Virus record (IMG/VR): IMGVR_UViG_3300028840_003851
DNA from: a virus
Direction: 5' to 3' (one strand)
DNA: 64,000 bases
Shown: positions 44,481 to 54,872 of the stretch, one piece after another
Position numbering within the stretch: position 1 is the stretch's first letter
Layout of the letters: every line of letters begins with the position of its first letter
Notes under the pieces: model-generated
Databases searched by the model: none
The model's input: the letters and a program-made list of their open reading frames with translations, nothing else
What the model was told of the DNA's origin: nothing
Program-made: the position numbers and the translations under genes

Positions 44481-45016
44481 ATGCTGCTAGCCGTCCTCTT
44501 AGCAGGCACACCGGTGGCGGACACGATGGCGCCATCGTTGTTGTCCCTCAGCTCCTGGTCAAGGATAGGCGTTACGTTGTCATCATCATAGGTGATGAGG
44601 CGTCCCGGAAGACCAGGCTCCTCCTCCTGACGGTTGGTGATTACCTTCCTCACCAACGACGTGTCTGCTGCGATGTCGACAATCTTAAGGATGTCGTGGT
44701 CTCCCCCCACAACACCACCACCGTCGTCTACTGAGAACTCAGCCACCAGCTCCTGTCCAGCTTGAAGGTTTAGATTGGCAACATTGATGCTTCTCTGGTA
44801 ATGCCCGCGCTCTACCTCCACCATAGGAGAGTACTTGATTGTCCACCCAGATGTCTTGAAGGTGTTGTCCGCGAAGTCCAGGTAGGAGTTAACCGTGTCA
44901 CCGTCCCTTACAGCTACTGTAGGAGACTGTCCTGTAACACCGCCACCAGGTCCTATAATGGAGCACACCAAAGGGTAGGAGGATGACGTTCTCTCTATCT
45001 CGTGCGTACTACCCAT
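44477..45016 (-). CDS. Putative virion structural protein
   Basis: Beta-rich 179 aa; RKVITNRQE..PG...LITYDDD. Confidence 0.6.
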   Translation of the reverse strand: MGSTHEIERTSSSYPLVCSIIGPGGGVTGQSPTVAVRDGDTVNSYLDFADNTFKTSGWTIKYSPMVEVERGHYQRSINVANLNLQAGQELVAEFSVDDGGGVVGGDHDILKIVDIAADTSLVRKVITNRQEEEPGLPGRLITYDDDNVTPILDQELRDNNDGAIVSATGVPAKRTASSI

Positions 45017-45397
45017 TTACTTCTCCACTGTAGGGGGTACTCCTAAAACTCTGTCTAGTATGTACTGCTGTTCGTCCGCCGTCAGGGGCTCTCCTGCTAT
45101 CCTCTTATCCCTTATCCTATCTAGCTCTGTATTGGCCAGCGATACGGCCTCTTTCTGCGCAGCAACCTCCGCTGTGTAGGCTGCTTTACCATCCAAAAAC
45201 TCCTGTGTCGGGGAGATTAGAGTGCTCTTCTCTACGGCTAATATACTGCCATCACGTGTAAACCACACCACATGGCAGTACCCACCTACCCCTTCTACCG
45301 TTGTGTGTCTACGCTCTCTTCCTTCCTTAGCCAGCAGCTCAGCAATCTCCTTTGTAGGCTCTCCGCAATCACACGCTGTCATCGACTCTAAGCTCAT
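45017..45397 (-). CDS. Small tail-fibre-associated protein
   Basis: Paralogous layout to the adjacent 113-aa ORF. Confidence 0.55.
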   Translation of the reverse strand: MSLESMTACDCGEPTKEIAELLAKEGRERRHTTVEGVGGYCHVVWFTRDGSILAVEKSTLISPTQEFLDGKAAYTAEVAAQKEAVSLANTELDRIRDKRIAGEPLTADEQQYILDRVLGVPPTVEK

Positions 45398-45405
45398 GTC
45401 TCCTC

Positions 45406-45747
45406 CTAATCTCCTAGCAATATAGCACAGAGCTCGCAGATGTCGTCATTTGAAAACGTCTCCTTGCTCCTAGCCTTAGCCCTCAAAGCTTCTCTACGAG
45501 CGCGCTTGCTCTCCTCTGCCGCGTTCTCATCTGCGCAGTCTTTCAACCTTGCTGCCTCAGCTACCTCATAAGCGGATGAAGGAGCTATTAGCTCCTGCGG
45601 ATGTACAATCTCTCCGCCGGGGGTAGGGACCACCACGCAACACCACACTCCATTAGCATCCTCCTGATGGGCTCTGTATGCGCCTGGCTTATCATCCAAA
45701 GATGTTATAACGTTACGCTCTGTACACTTACACTCAGTTAACGCCAT
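45406..45747 (-). CDS. Small tail-fibre-associated protein
   Basis: CxC N-terminus and charged helical C-terminus. Confidence 0.55.
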   Translation of the reverse strand: MALTECKCTERNVITSLDDKPGAYRAHQEDANGVWCCVVVPTPGGEIVHPQELIAPSSAYEVAEAARLKDCADENAAEESKRARREALRAKARSKETFSNDDICELCAILLGD

Positions 45748-45749
45748 GC

Positions 45750-47327
45750 CTACGCTCCCATCTTGTACAAACGTAGCTGTGTATTCGTAACCAACCCGTT
45801 GGCTACAGACGAGTACAGTACTAAGCTAGTGATGTTGGTGGAGGAGTCTGCCCACCTAGACCCAAAATGGTAATTAACAGTATTATTTGTACCCGTAGAA
45901 GCATTACCTCCTCCACATATAGAGTTCATAGCTCTATACCTACCTGTCTTAGCGTGTAAGAGCGCTCGGAACACAACCCTTTGAATCGTTGAAGGCGCTC
46001 CAGCTACTCTCATGTAGATACTGGCTCCAGCATTAACAGCAGTCTCTGTACCCTCTAGTATCGCGCACCGCTGATTTGTGGTGACATTGTTAGGGGCTAT
46101 GTAGAAGTAAGACCCTGAAGTGGAGCTAGCCACCAGGAACCCCTCTATCATGTAGTTAATGTCCACGTTACCGTTGAGCCCAGAGAACGTGTATGATGTG
46201 ACAGAGGTAGACAGCTCGACCTCTACCAGGCGTTCCCAGTGTCCAGGGTACCCCTCGTACATCAGGTCTTTCTCAGCACTCTTAGAGGCCACGTATATTG
46301 TGGGAACACCTGTGGTGGCGTTCATGTTGAGCTCGCCAGCATTCGCAGATGCGGGGCTAGAGGACGACCAGCTTATAGTTCCGTCATTGGCTATCTCTAC
46401 TATGTTTGTGCGCAGTACGTTAATATACCCTAGAGACCACGAGTGAGTAGAATCGCCTATATTTCCATAACCATCTGCGTACGGTACTATGTTGGGCGCG
46501 TTGGCCTCTGTCCCCACCCTGCAGATGATATCCCCATCGTCACCGTCACCATCGGCGCTTCCCGTAGTTAGCAGTATGTCTCCCCCGTTTGCCTGCCCCG
46601 TACCTACCTTTGAACCGCTACCGGCTTGTATCCGTACCTCACCACCATCAGCACCTATACCCCCAGACCCTACAGACGAGGACACGTAGCTGTGCCCGGC
46701 TCTAAGGCTTAGGTCTCCGCCGTAAGAGGCAACACCAGAGCCAGCATGCGCAGGTCCCGGAACGCCCCCACCAGCCCATACTACCAGGTCTCCTCCGTAC
46801 GTACTGACAGTGGTCGGGGCACCTGCAGTGCCCCCTGTAAACCCTCCGCCTCCTCCGTCGTAATCCGCACCTGACGCGTCACCCGACTCCACGCTTGCGG
46901 CATACCCATCTCCTGTGGTCGTTTCAGAGGCAATGCGTAGTGCGTGATTACGGCAGAGTAATGTGAAGTCTGGTGGGTCGTTACTATGCTCAACGAGGAT
47001 GCCTATCTTATCTGCGGAGCCCAAAGGCTCCGCAAATATCACTCTATACCCTACTCGTTCGGAGGTAGAGCTGTCTCCTGTGTACCCTCCCTGCCGTACG
47101 TACACACCAGCTAATGTGTCCCCAGCCCCCATAGCTGTATTACGGCCAGCAGTTATATCTAGCGTGGCGTCAACAACACCATAGGAGCTGAAGTTTGATA
47201 TCAGCTCTAGTCCAGTAGTAGGCGGGCCAGTTCCTACACCCAGGGAGTAAACACGAATGGAGTCGTTCTGAACGTCATGCCGCTGGTGACTTCCACCGGA
47301 TATCTTTAAGAACCGTACCTCCGCCAT
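45750..47327 (-). CDS. Tail fibre-like protein
   Basis: GGD(L/I)x(L/I)xAG repeats; C-terminal beta-sandwich (SVTSYTFSGL...TSLVLYSS). Confidence 0.7.
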   Translation of the reverse strand: MAEVRFLKISGGSHQRHDVQNDSIRVYSLGVGTGPPTTGLELISNFSSYGVVDATLDITAGRNTAMGAGDTLAGVYVRQGGYTGDSSTSERVGYRVIFAEPLGSADKIGILVEHSNDPPDFTLLCRNHALRIASETTTGDGYAASVESGDASGADYDGGGGGFTGGTAGAPTTVSTYGGDLVVWAGGGVPGPAHAGSGVASYGGDLSLRAGHSYVSSSVGSGGIGADGGEVRIQAGSGSKVGTGQANGGDILLTTGSADGDGDDGDIICRVGTEANAPNIVPYADGYGNIGDSTHSWSLGYINVLRTNIVEIANDGTISWSSSSPASANAGELNMNATTGVPTIYVASKSAEKDLMYEGYPGHWERLVEVELSTSVTSYTFSGLNGNVDINYMIEGFLVASSTSGSYFYIAPNNVTTNQRCAILEGTETAVNAGASIYMRVAGAPSTIQRVVFRALLHAKTGRYRAMNSICGGGNASTGTNNTVNYHFGSRWADSSTNITSLVLYSSVANGLVTNTQLRLYKMGA

Positions 47328-47338
47328 GACCTGTCATC

Positions 47339-47680
47339 CTAGCTAGCCCTTACAAACGTCCACCTGTCTTGGTCAAGTGTCCAACGCTGGTTTACGTCTA
47401 TACCATGGGCCTCTGCGGTTCTCTTAGCCCACTCCTGCTGCTCATGCTCCTTGTCTTGGAGCTTCTTAAGCAGCTCTGCCTGCTGAACCTTAAACTGTGT
47501 CTCCAGCGAGGCGAACTGCTGACACAGCTTAGAGTGGGTTAAGCGTAGCTCTACTATCTCGTTGCGTAGAGATAGCCCGTATGCCTTCTCTGTGTCAGCG
47601 AGAGGAACGTTGTCTATAGGTGTCTCTAGACTTCGCACTCTACTGTTACTGCTGCTCTTGCTGTTCTTCTTAGTTGCCAT
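47339..47680 (-). CDS. Coiled-coil protein (possible fibre chaperone)
   Basis: ATG 47680; 113 aa. Confidence 0.6.
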   Translation of the reverse strand: MATKKNSKSSSNSRVRSLETPIDNVPLADTEKAYGLSLRNEIVELRLTHSKLCQQFASLETQFKVQQAELLKKLQDKEHEQQEWAKRTAEAHGIDVNQRWTLDQDRWTFVRAS

Positions 47681-47765
47681 GGTTGTCCCACCAATGTCCC
47701 ACCGTAGATAAAAGACCGTGTGAGCTGGACGGTGGGACAGAGCCCGGCCCACACGGTCAGTCTTA

Positions 47766-50234
47766 TCACAGCTCGGTCAGCGGTGCACCACGTAGTACAA
47801 CATCGCAGACATTAGCTGCTGCAGAGGTCACGGCGTAGCCTACCTCTACAACCACATCTGGGTTAGCAGAGGGGAACCCTGTACCTCCGCTACGGCACAC
47901 GCGCCCAAGCGTTGTAGACACGTAAACGCGGTCTCCTGCAACAACATCAGACTCGCAAGCAACACTCGTTCTACCGCTAGAGGCTAGAACACCGTCAAAG
48001 GTGGCTGGTCCTGAGTCTACGGTTGTCACGACACCGGCAAACACGGATGTTGCTAGAGCGTCGGCATCTGCTTGGTCTACGCTGTTCGCTGTGGTTGTCA
48101 TGTACGCTACATCACCGACACTGCACGCTCCAGTGTCCATGCCTGTAACGGCTCCTCCAACGCCGTGGTAGTGCAAGGCACTAGCATCTGAGCCGTCTAG
48201 CAGCGTGTCCATGTTAGGCGCTGTGAAGTTGGCCGTGGTAAGCGCCGTACTAGCAATCAAGAAGCTAGTCCCAGAGGGTACGTTCAGCGTACCGTTAGAT
48301 GCATTGATAGCACCAGACCCTAGGAACGCAAAATCGGGGTTAGTAGATGCGTTACCGAAGCTCATCGCCTCAGCGGCGTCTGTTGTGTCGATGAGCAGGT
48401 AGTCGTCCGTGTTCTGCTCAATCAAGAACGCCAGGGCGCTGTTATCAGAGATACGGTACCGACAAGCACCTCCCAGCCCCATAAACACAGTGAAGTTCTG
48501 AGCGGCGTCCATTGACAGGTCAAAGCTTCCAGTGGGGTCTAGGTTTATGGTCCCACCAGTAAAGTTGAAATTCCCGCCTATAACGTCTAAACCGGAAACA
48601 CAGTCAACGTTGCCGTTAAACGTGGCCTGACCCGAGCCATATACCTGGAAGTCTGGGTTGGTCGTTGTGTTGCCAATCCCTACCTCCTCAGAGCCGTCGC
48701 CCGTATCTATTCGGATGTAATCTCCAAGGGCACCTTCCCTGATAAGAAAAGCACTGGAGTTATTGTCCGCCAGAACCATCTCGATGCCCTGTCCGGCATC
48801 CATCGCTAGATTGAAGCTTCCGGTGGGGTCTAGGTCGATGTTCGTCCCGGTGAAGGTCATCTGACCTCCGGACACATCAATACCGGCCTCTGCATCGAAG
48901 TTCACCGCAGAGGAGAAGCTGTTCAGGTTCGTGCCGTTTACAACCAGGTCCTGCGTGGCCGGGTCTAGCTGCAGGGTGGCCTGCCGCGTAGCGGCTCCAG
49001 TACCAGAGTTGAGACGGAGCTCTGCGGTAGAGGCGTCTGTAACTCCAGCAGCGCCGATGCCCACAATGGGGGAGTCCGCTGTTCCATCATCCGTAACCGT
49101 GTAAACCAGCAGGGGCGGGTCAGTCGTTGCGTCTAGAGTCCAGAACCCTTGGAACGCAGAAGTACCATCCCCAGAGAACAGCCCTAGATAAGCGTCCTGG
49201 TCCCCCGTGGTATGGTCCTGGTTGATGGTCCACGACACGTTGTCAGTACCGGAACCAGAGGAGCCAGCGGCAATCTGCGTCCACGAGCCACCCACATACC
49301 CGTAGAACGAGTTCAGGGTCTCGTCGTACACAATCATGCCATTGACACCGGTAAGCGCTGTGCGCTCGCCAGACGTCAAGGATACGAGAGCAGAGGCCGC
49401 AGTGGTAGATGTACCTCCCAGCACGATGGCGTCGCCGACTGCACGAATCTCGTGGTCAGCCCCACCAACGGTAAGCAGCCCAGATACGTCCGCAGAGGGC
49501 ATGTCAACATTGCCCGTAAACGTTACCTGACCGGTACCCACCTGGGTGATGGTGGTGTTGTCCGTGGCGTTACCAAGGGAGATGGCCGACGCCGTGGTCG
49601 CTCCCAGGGTGATGGACCCGTCGGACCCAGTGGTGCTAGCGCCCGCTTCCAGCTTAAGGTCACCGCCAGTAGCCCCTCCACCACCACCATCCGCTCCGGC
49701 ACTCGCTGCACGTAGATTAAGGTCTCCGCCATCACCCGCGGCGAACGTAGCGTCTCCAGCACCACCTGTACCCGCTAGGATAGTCAGGTTTCCCCCAGCC
49801 CCGCCAGCGGCCCCACCACTAGACGCTCCGCCACTTCCGCCGTAGATGGCAAGCTGCCTACCAACAGTCTCCACGGGAGAGGTGTCTACGATAACAATGT
49901 GGTTAGCGTCGTTGCTGAAGGTGAAGTTTGGCGCCGCCGCTGTTCCGAAGCGCCCACCCATCGTAATGCGGTCATCAGACGCATCACCGAGGGTTACATC
50001 CTCCTCAAGGACGGTATTACCCTCTACCGTCTCAATACCTTGCACCGTGACATTGCCAGGGAAGGTTACGGTCTGACCGCTCCTACCAACAGACATGCTG
50101 GTAGCATTGACGGTACCAATGTTGAGCACTCCAGCTGCGGCCACATCGAGGCCCAGCTTGATGTGCAGATTGTCTCCATCCGGCAGCCTCTTATGAGAGC
50201 CGCCATCCAGTACTAGGGGTATCTGGTCAGCCAT
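47766..50234 (-). CDS. Large fibre/decoration protein with C-terminal capsid-cement (DUF2190-like) domain
   Basis: GGDL repeats, duplicated DN..AFLI....DY..IDT...NPDF module, and C-terminal VGDVAYM...AD.....FAGVV. Confidence 0.65.
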   Translation of the reverse strand: MADQIPLVLDGGSHKRLPDGDNLHIKLGLDVAAAGVLNIGTVNATSMSVGRSGQTVTFPGNVTVQGIETVEGNTVLEEDVTLGDASDDRITMGGRFGTAAAPNFTFSNDANHIVIVDTSPVETVGRQLAIYGGSGGASSGGAAGGAGGNLTILAGTGGAGDATFAAGDGGDLNLRAASAGADGGGGGATGGDLKLEAGASTTGSDGSITLGATTASAISLGNATDNTTITQVGTGQVTFTGNVDMPSADVSGLLTVGGADHEIRAVGDAIVLGGTSTTAASALVSLTSGERTALTGVNGMIVYDETLNSFYGYVGGSWTQIAAGSSGSGTDNVSWTINQDHTTGDQDAYLGLFSGDGTSAFQGFWTLDATTDPPLLVYTVTDDGTADSPIVGIGAAGVTDASTAELRLNSGTGAATRQATLQLDPATQDLVVNGTNLNSFSSAVNFDAEAGIDVSGGQMTFTGTNIDLDPTGSFNLAMDAGQGIEMVLADNNSSAFLIREGALGDYIRIDTGDGSEEVGIGNTTTNPDFQVYGSGQATFNGNVDCVSGLDVIGGNFNFTGGTINLDPTGSFDLSMDAAQNFTVFMGLGGACRYRISDNSALAFLIEQNTDDYLLIDTTDAAEAMSFGNASTNPDFAFLGSGAINASNGTLNVPSGTSFLIASTALTTANFTAPNMDTLLDGSDASALHYHGVGGAVTGMDTGACSVGDVAYMTTTANSVDQADADALATSVFAGVVTTVDSGPATFDGVLASSGRTSVACESDVVAGDRVYVSTTLGRVCRSGGTGFPSANPDVVVEVGYAVTSAAANVCDVVLRGAPLTEL

Positions 50235-50244
50235 TGTTGGACCT

Positions 50245-50472
50245 CTATACTATCTCTTCAAACCTGTGGTCGTTGCGAAGCAGACGAAGGGCCCGAGGGT
50301 CTGTGATGTCTACTCCAATGTCCTCTCCCACAACAAATCCTGTTTGCTTATTGGGAGCGTCAATCTTCATCTTTGTCCCGTTCTGTAGAGGGATACGTAT
50401 CTTGCGCATCTGTCCTCTCTTCTTTATCAGTCCGGGTCGGGCTTTTCCGCCCATCCATCTGAAACGTGCCAT
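50245..50472 (-). CDS. Small basic protein
   Basis: 75 aa in the operon. Confidence 0.55.
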   Translation of the reverse strand: MARFRWMGGKARPGLIKKRGQMRKIRIPLQNGTKMKIDAPNKQTGFVVGEDIGVDITDPRALRLLRNDHRFEEIV

Positions 50473-50924
50473 CAGCCAATCTCCGTGAAGTCTGTATCTA
50501 CCTTGATGAGGAGCACCGTCGCCGACTTAGCTATCCCAATCTTCTGAGATATCAATGGCGGTGTCTCTGGGGGGATGTCCGGTGCAGTGGCAGTTATAGT
50601 GGACCCGCTCACTCCAGATGTGCTCAGATAATAAATGGCACGTGGGACCAACCCCGAGAACCCGGCCATCTCCCCGGAGTACTGCACCACGCATGTTCCA
50701 CCCACGACTGACTGAACAAGGCCAATCACGGGCTGTGTCCCGGGACCATTAGCGTCTGCCAGAGCTACCTGACCAGAGGCCGACAGGTATACAGCATCAC
50801 CTACTGCCAAGCCTCCTAGATGTGTATAGGTTCCTCTATTGGTGGCTGGGTCTCCGCCGCCACCAGCGCCTACCTCGGCAAAGTCTAGGGTTCCTGTGAA
50901 TGGATTAAAGACCAGGGAAGCCAT
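50472..50924 (-). CDS. Capsid-cement-like (DUF2190-like) protein
   Basis: LAVGDAVYLSASGQVALADA...VIGLV...GL.P.A.YYLS. Confidence 0.6.
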   Translation of the reverse strand: MASLVFNPFTGTLDFAEVGAGGGGDPATNRGTYTHLGGLAVGDAVYLSASGQVALADANGPGTQPVIGLVQSVVGGTCVVQYSGEMAGFSGLVPRAIYYLSTSGVSGSTITATAPDIPPETPPLISQKIGIAKSATVLLIKVDTDFTEIG

Positions 50925-51142
50925 TAGGTCCTCTGTACGCGCACCAGGTCCCCAGCTACCCAGGTGAGGGTTAGAGTGGCCACCAGCCCGCCACCGTTGT
51001 AGTACTCAACAGTTGTGGGGTCCCCGCCCGTGTAGCTAATCTGTACGTCGTCGTACTCAAAAGGGACAAGCTGCGCTAGCTGCAGCGTGCTCACAGAGTC
51101 TGTAGACGCGTCCAGGTACCTGCCTATAAGGATGGTCGCCAT
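50924..51142 (-). CDS. Small virion protein
   Basis: 72 aa; YTGGDPTTVEYYNGG...LTLTW. Confidence 0.55.
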   Translation of the reverse strand: MATILIGRYLDASTDSVSTLQLAQLVPFEYDDVQISYTGGDPTTVEYYNGGGLVATLTLTWVAGDLVRVQRT

Positions 51143-51637
51143 CTAGCTCCTTGCCTCCAATGCCCAGATGCTTAGGGAGAGTACACCAACCGTGCTGAGA
51201 ATTCCCAGCACCACGCCGAACTCTACTGACTGATACCACGGTGGGTCGTTAAGTCTCTTCTGCAGCTCTTCGCGTTTGTCCTCTGAGCTCTTCAAACGAA
51301 GGCGTAGGCTGCTCTCCATCTCCTCTGACCTGGACCTCTCCAGCTTAAGCAGCTTGGAGTAGTGCTCTACCTCTACGAGGCGTAGGTCCTTCTCCCTCTT
51401 CACATCTAGCTCTAGGCGGCGCCTGTACTGCACTATCCAGTTAACCCACCGGAGAGCGGTGTCCTGACTGTAGAGCTGACCTGTGAACGGTGCTGTGTCC
51501 CCCTTACGCAGAGGGACAATGACGTCATCCCCGGGGGGTATCGACTCCACCTTTGGAGGCTCTGCTGACGCTACCTGAGAAATCAGGAGTGCTAGCACAC
51601 AGAGAGTAAAGGTCAGAATCTTACTTGGAGTAGGCAT
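51143..51637 (-). CDS. Membrane protein with N-terminal signal/TM, coiled coil and C-terminal TM (spanin-like?)
   Basis: TFTLCVLALLISQVASA...heptads...GVVLGILSTVGVLSLSIW. Confidence 0.45.
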   Translation of the reverse strand: MPTPSKILTFTLCVLALLISQVASAEPPKVESIPPGDDVIVPLRKGDTAPFTGQLYSQDTALRWVNWIVQYRRRLELDVKREKDLRLVEVEHYSKLLKLERSRSEEMESSLRLRLKSSEDKREELQKRLNDPPWYQSVEFGVVLGILSTVGVLSLSIWALEARS

Positions 51638-51639
51638 AT

Positions 51640-54600
51640 CTACGTGCTCACCACCACTGTCCACTGGCCCGTAAGGGGCGTCCATCCGGAGAAATCAATA
51701 GTAAGCGTGTTCCCGTTAACTCCAGTAACCACGCGGGGAGCTGTAGTAACATCTCTCTTTACAAGAAGATTGTCGTACACCGCCACATGATTGAACTGTT
51801 GCCCTAGGTTGTGCGTTACAGTAAGAACACCAGTAACCAGAGAGGCGTCTGTAAACGCTGTCTGGTAGCTCCTGCTGTTGGTTGTTACGAGCTCGTCTAT
51901 AGCGGCCTGAGTATTGGTGGCTGTCAATCCCGACGTGGCGTTGTTGTACGACGAGCCCCTGTTGGTCCAGGTACCAGGGGCAGTAACGTTTACCAACGTA
52001 CCCCCTCCAAGCTTGGTGCAGCAGTTTGTCTCTATGACAGACCCAGCCTCCGCCACGGACGCTGAAGCGCCAAACGCGCAGGCAACAGCACGGAATGTAG
52101 AGCCCCCAGTAACGGTCACAGCTCCAAGAAACTCCGTTGCCATGGAGTTGATGTTCCACGCCCCACTGTTCGGAGACAAAGCTGCAGTAACGTCACAGTT
52201 GTTTATGGTGTACAGCCCCGGACCGTACGTTGCGGACCCTGCGTTTCCTAGCCTGCAGAACCTGTACACACCACCAGCTAGCGTGAAGTTGTCTAGGAAG
52301 TTTGTCCAGCTCGCCTCCATATCGAATAGATGGTCGCCTCCGAGAACCTTACCGCCGAACAACCTTTCTACAGCCAAGCTCTTCCCGTCGAACGGGTCTG
52401 TAAAGATGCAGTCATGCGCGAACAGAGCACCACCTGAGGGGGAGCCTCCACTGAGTACACAGCGGTCTGCTCGCAGCAAGGATGCGCCCGTCAGAGATAG
52501 ATTGGATATTGTGCACCCTATGACGCTCGCCTCCGTCGTATCCGCTGTTGGACCGACGTATGTGGCCGTAGAGGTGATGCTGCCTGTCAAGAAGGTCTGC
52601 CCCTCCTCCCCGACAATGCTTACCCACGGACGTACAACAATATTCTCTGCGTTAGTCCCTGTTATCTTAATAACCCATCTACTGGATGCTGACGGAGACT
52701 GTGCAGTGACGTACGCATCCGCACCAACCCAATTGGGGTACCTCTCTCCAATAACAGCTCCCTCATCAGGGTCTACCAATATTACGCGAGACGGCTGCGA
52801 CCCTCGCTGACCTACAAGAGCGTCTATGGCATCTTGAACGTTATCAACACCGCCAAGAGCGCCTAGGTCCGTGTATCGCACATTAGCCGAATCATCCAAC
52901 ATAGTATCGGGATACGGCGACGGTAGATATGAGAAGTTGGACTGCGTACCGAAGGTACACGTGGCGTCCCTGAATAGGGAGAAGCTAGCTACCTGGAACG
53001 GGAACCCAGCGTTCTCTACTGTATCCTGCGCTACGACAACGTCTCTGTACAGCCTAATCTGGCACGTTCCCCACATACGGAACACCCCCTCAACTCCGGA
53101 TGTCCTACTGCCATCTACAAGCTCTATTACAGTGTTGTCGCTTAGCTCGAATATAGGGGACTGACCGGGTAAGACCTGCAGCTCTGTGCTCCTAAATAGG
53201 AGCCTGTACCCTGTACCCTGTACAGACCACGAGGTAGAGTTACCTACAATCTTTAGGTCCTCTACAATCGACATACCGGGTAACGTAGCCCCGTCCTGAA
53301 TCTCTACCTCTGTTCTTGGTGTGGTTCCAGGAGGGTTACTGCCTTTGAGCGTTGTGTCCGTAATGTCCCAAGCACCTGCCGGGATTAACGCGGGAGACGT
53401 GAACGAGTCATCTATCCGGAGAGTCTTCTTCCCTGGCGGGGCGGCCCCAATAGCGGTCATCATAGCCGCCCAGTCTGTGTACACGTTACCCGCTGCTGTA
53501 CCGCCAGGCTGGTACACGAAGATTAGAGACCCTCCAAACGACAGCTCATCTATGGCCGCTTGTGTGTCGGTAGCGGTTAGATGCCCGGTGATTGATGGGT
53601 CGAACTCTACGTACTGCGCTTCCTCTGAGTTGACAACGAACCAGGCGCTGCCCGACCAGAAGCTCTTAGGGTCATCCCAAGTAGCTGATGCAGCCACTAT
53701 TACGGCAATACCTGATGAGCCAGCTACCCCGCTGAGGGACGTCTCTAAGCAGGAGCATCCTTGCCCCAGAAAGAGGAATATAGAGGAGCCGGAAACCGAA
53801 GCGTCTATTACTGGATTAGCTCCTGACGACCCGCTACCATGCTTCATGTCGAAGTACGCGGGACCTGTGGTTCCTATAACAGACACTAATGGAGAAAGAG
53901 GGCTCGCCGTCATAATGGCGTTGTTCTCCAGCTCCATCTTATCCCCCGATTCAAGGACTATTGCAGGAGGTGCCCCCAAGCTATAAATATTAATGTTGTT
54001 CGCAAGCCTGCGAAGGTTCGTGAGCGAAGCCCCCGCAGACACACGGCATAGAACCTGTGTAAGGCGGGTAGAATACCCCTCTAAAGACACATCGGTCATA
54101 TTCCATGAGCCAACAGGAATGGTTACAGGGGATATGTATGTGTCGTCTACAATGACCTTCCTAGGACCGTCTACGAGCAGAACGTCATCCATCATCTCTA
54201 CCCAATCTGAGTAGTAGCTACCCTCTGTAGGGCCACCCGGACGGAAGATGAATACGCGTGACGTGTCTGCTAGATAGGCGGATGTAGCGGTCCCACCAAT
54301 GTAATGAAACCCCGTTATGTATGGGTCCGCTACTGCGAAGTCGTCTGCCAGCATCAGCAGACCGTTGTCGTAGTTGAACACCCATCCGACGCTCTTGTTG
54401 ATGCCTGTGCCTGTTGTACCGTCTGTAGTGAGAATCTCTGTCCCACCAGCATCGGGGTCACCATTAAACAGACGCGCGGTGTATCCTACGCTAGGAACTC
54501 CTGTTGCCTGCGGAGCAAACGGGGGCTTTAACCACCCGTACATCCACGTAGAGAAGTCTCCGTACGTCTGGAGAGCTACGTATGTGTTGTTGACACCAGG

Positions 54601-54870
54601 AACAGGTGTCATCCTGATAGCATTAGCGGCCAAGCTGTAATCTGCAATCACTCCCGCCAGAGGACCCGCGGCATTCGCTTGCGCTGTTGCTATGTTAGCG
54701 GCTGGATTTGCTCGTACAAGAGCGGCCTCAGTCCACACTAACGCCGCATCTAGGACGAACCCAAAAGCTCTGGTGCTCTCATACCACTGCGCCGTTGGGT
54801 CTGAGTCTAGCACTCCTCCTTGTAGCGCCTTGGCTGCGGCTACAATCCTCTCTAGCTCGCCGAAAGACAC
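51640..54870 (-). CDS. Large modular tail fibre/tailspike-like protein
   Basis: 1076 aa; three beta-helix-like modules separated by (T/N)Q.AID(E/A)L linkers. Confidence 0.75.
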   Translation of the reverse strand: MSFGELERIVAAAKALQGGVLDSDPTAQWYESTRAFGFVLDAALVWTEAALVRANPAANIATAQANAAGPLAGVIADYSLAANAIRMTPVPGVNNTYVALQTYGDFSTWMYGWLKPPFAPQATGVPSVGYTARLFNGDPDAGGTEILTTDGTTGTGINKSVGWVFNYDNGLLMLADDFAVADPYITGFHYIGGTATSAYLADTSRVFIFRPGGPTEGSYYSDWVEMMDDVLLVDGPRKVIVDDTYISPVTIPVGSWNMTDVSLEGYSTRLTQVLCRVSAGASLTNLRRLANNINIYSLGAPPAIVLESGDKMELENNAIMTASPLSPLVSVIGTTGPAYFDMKHGSGSSGANPVIDASVSGSSIFLFLGQGCSCLETSLSGVAGSSGIAVIVAASATWDDPKSFWSGSAWFVVNSEEAQYVEFDPSITGHLTATDTQAAIDELSFGGSLIFVYQPGGTAAGNVYTDWAAMMTAIGAAPPGKKTLRIDDSFTSPALIPAGAWDITDTTLKGSNPPGTTPRTEVEIQDGATLPGMSIVEDLKIVGNSTSWSVQGTGYRLLFRSTELQVLPGQSPIFELSDNTVIELVDGSRTSGVEGVFRMWGTCQIRLYRDVVVAQDTVENAGFPFQVASFSLFRDATCTFGTQSNFSYLPSPYPDTMLDDSANVRYTDLGALGGVDNVQDAIDALVGQRGSQPSRVILVDPDEGAVIGERYPNWVGADAYVTAQSPSASSRWVIKITGTNAENIVVRPWVSIVGEEGQTFLTGSITSTATYVGPTADTTEASVIGCTISNLSLTGASLLRADRCVLSGGSPSGGALFAHDCIFTDPFDGKSLAVERLFGGKVLGGDHLFDMEASWTNFLDNFTLAGGVYRFCRLGNAGSATYGPGLYTINNCDVTAALSPNSGAWNINSMATEFLGAVTVTGGSTFRAVACAFGASASVAEAGSVIETNCCTKLGGGTLVNVTAPGTWTNRGSSYNNATSGLTATNTQAAIDELVTTNSRSYQTAFTDASLVTGVLTVTHNLGQQFNHVAVYDNLLVKRDVTTAPRVVTGVNGNTLTIDFSGWTPLTGQWTVVVST

Positions 54871-54872
54871 AG

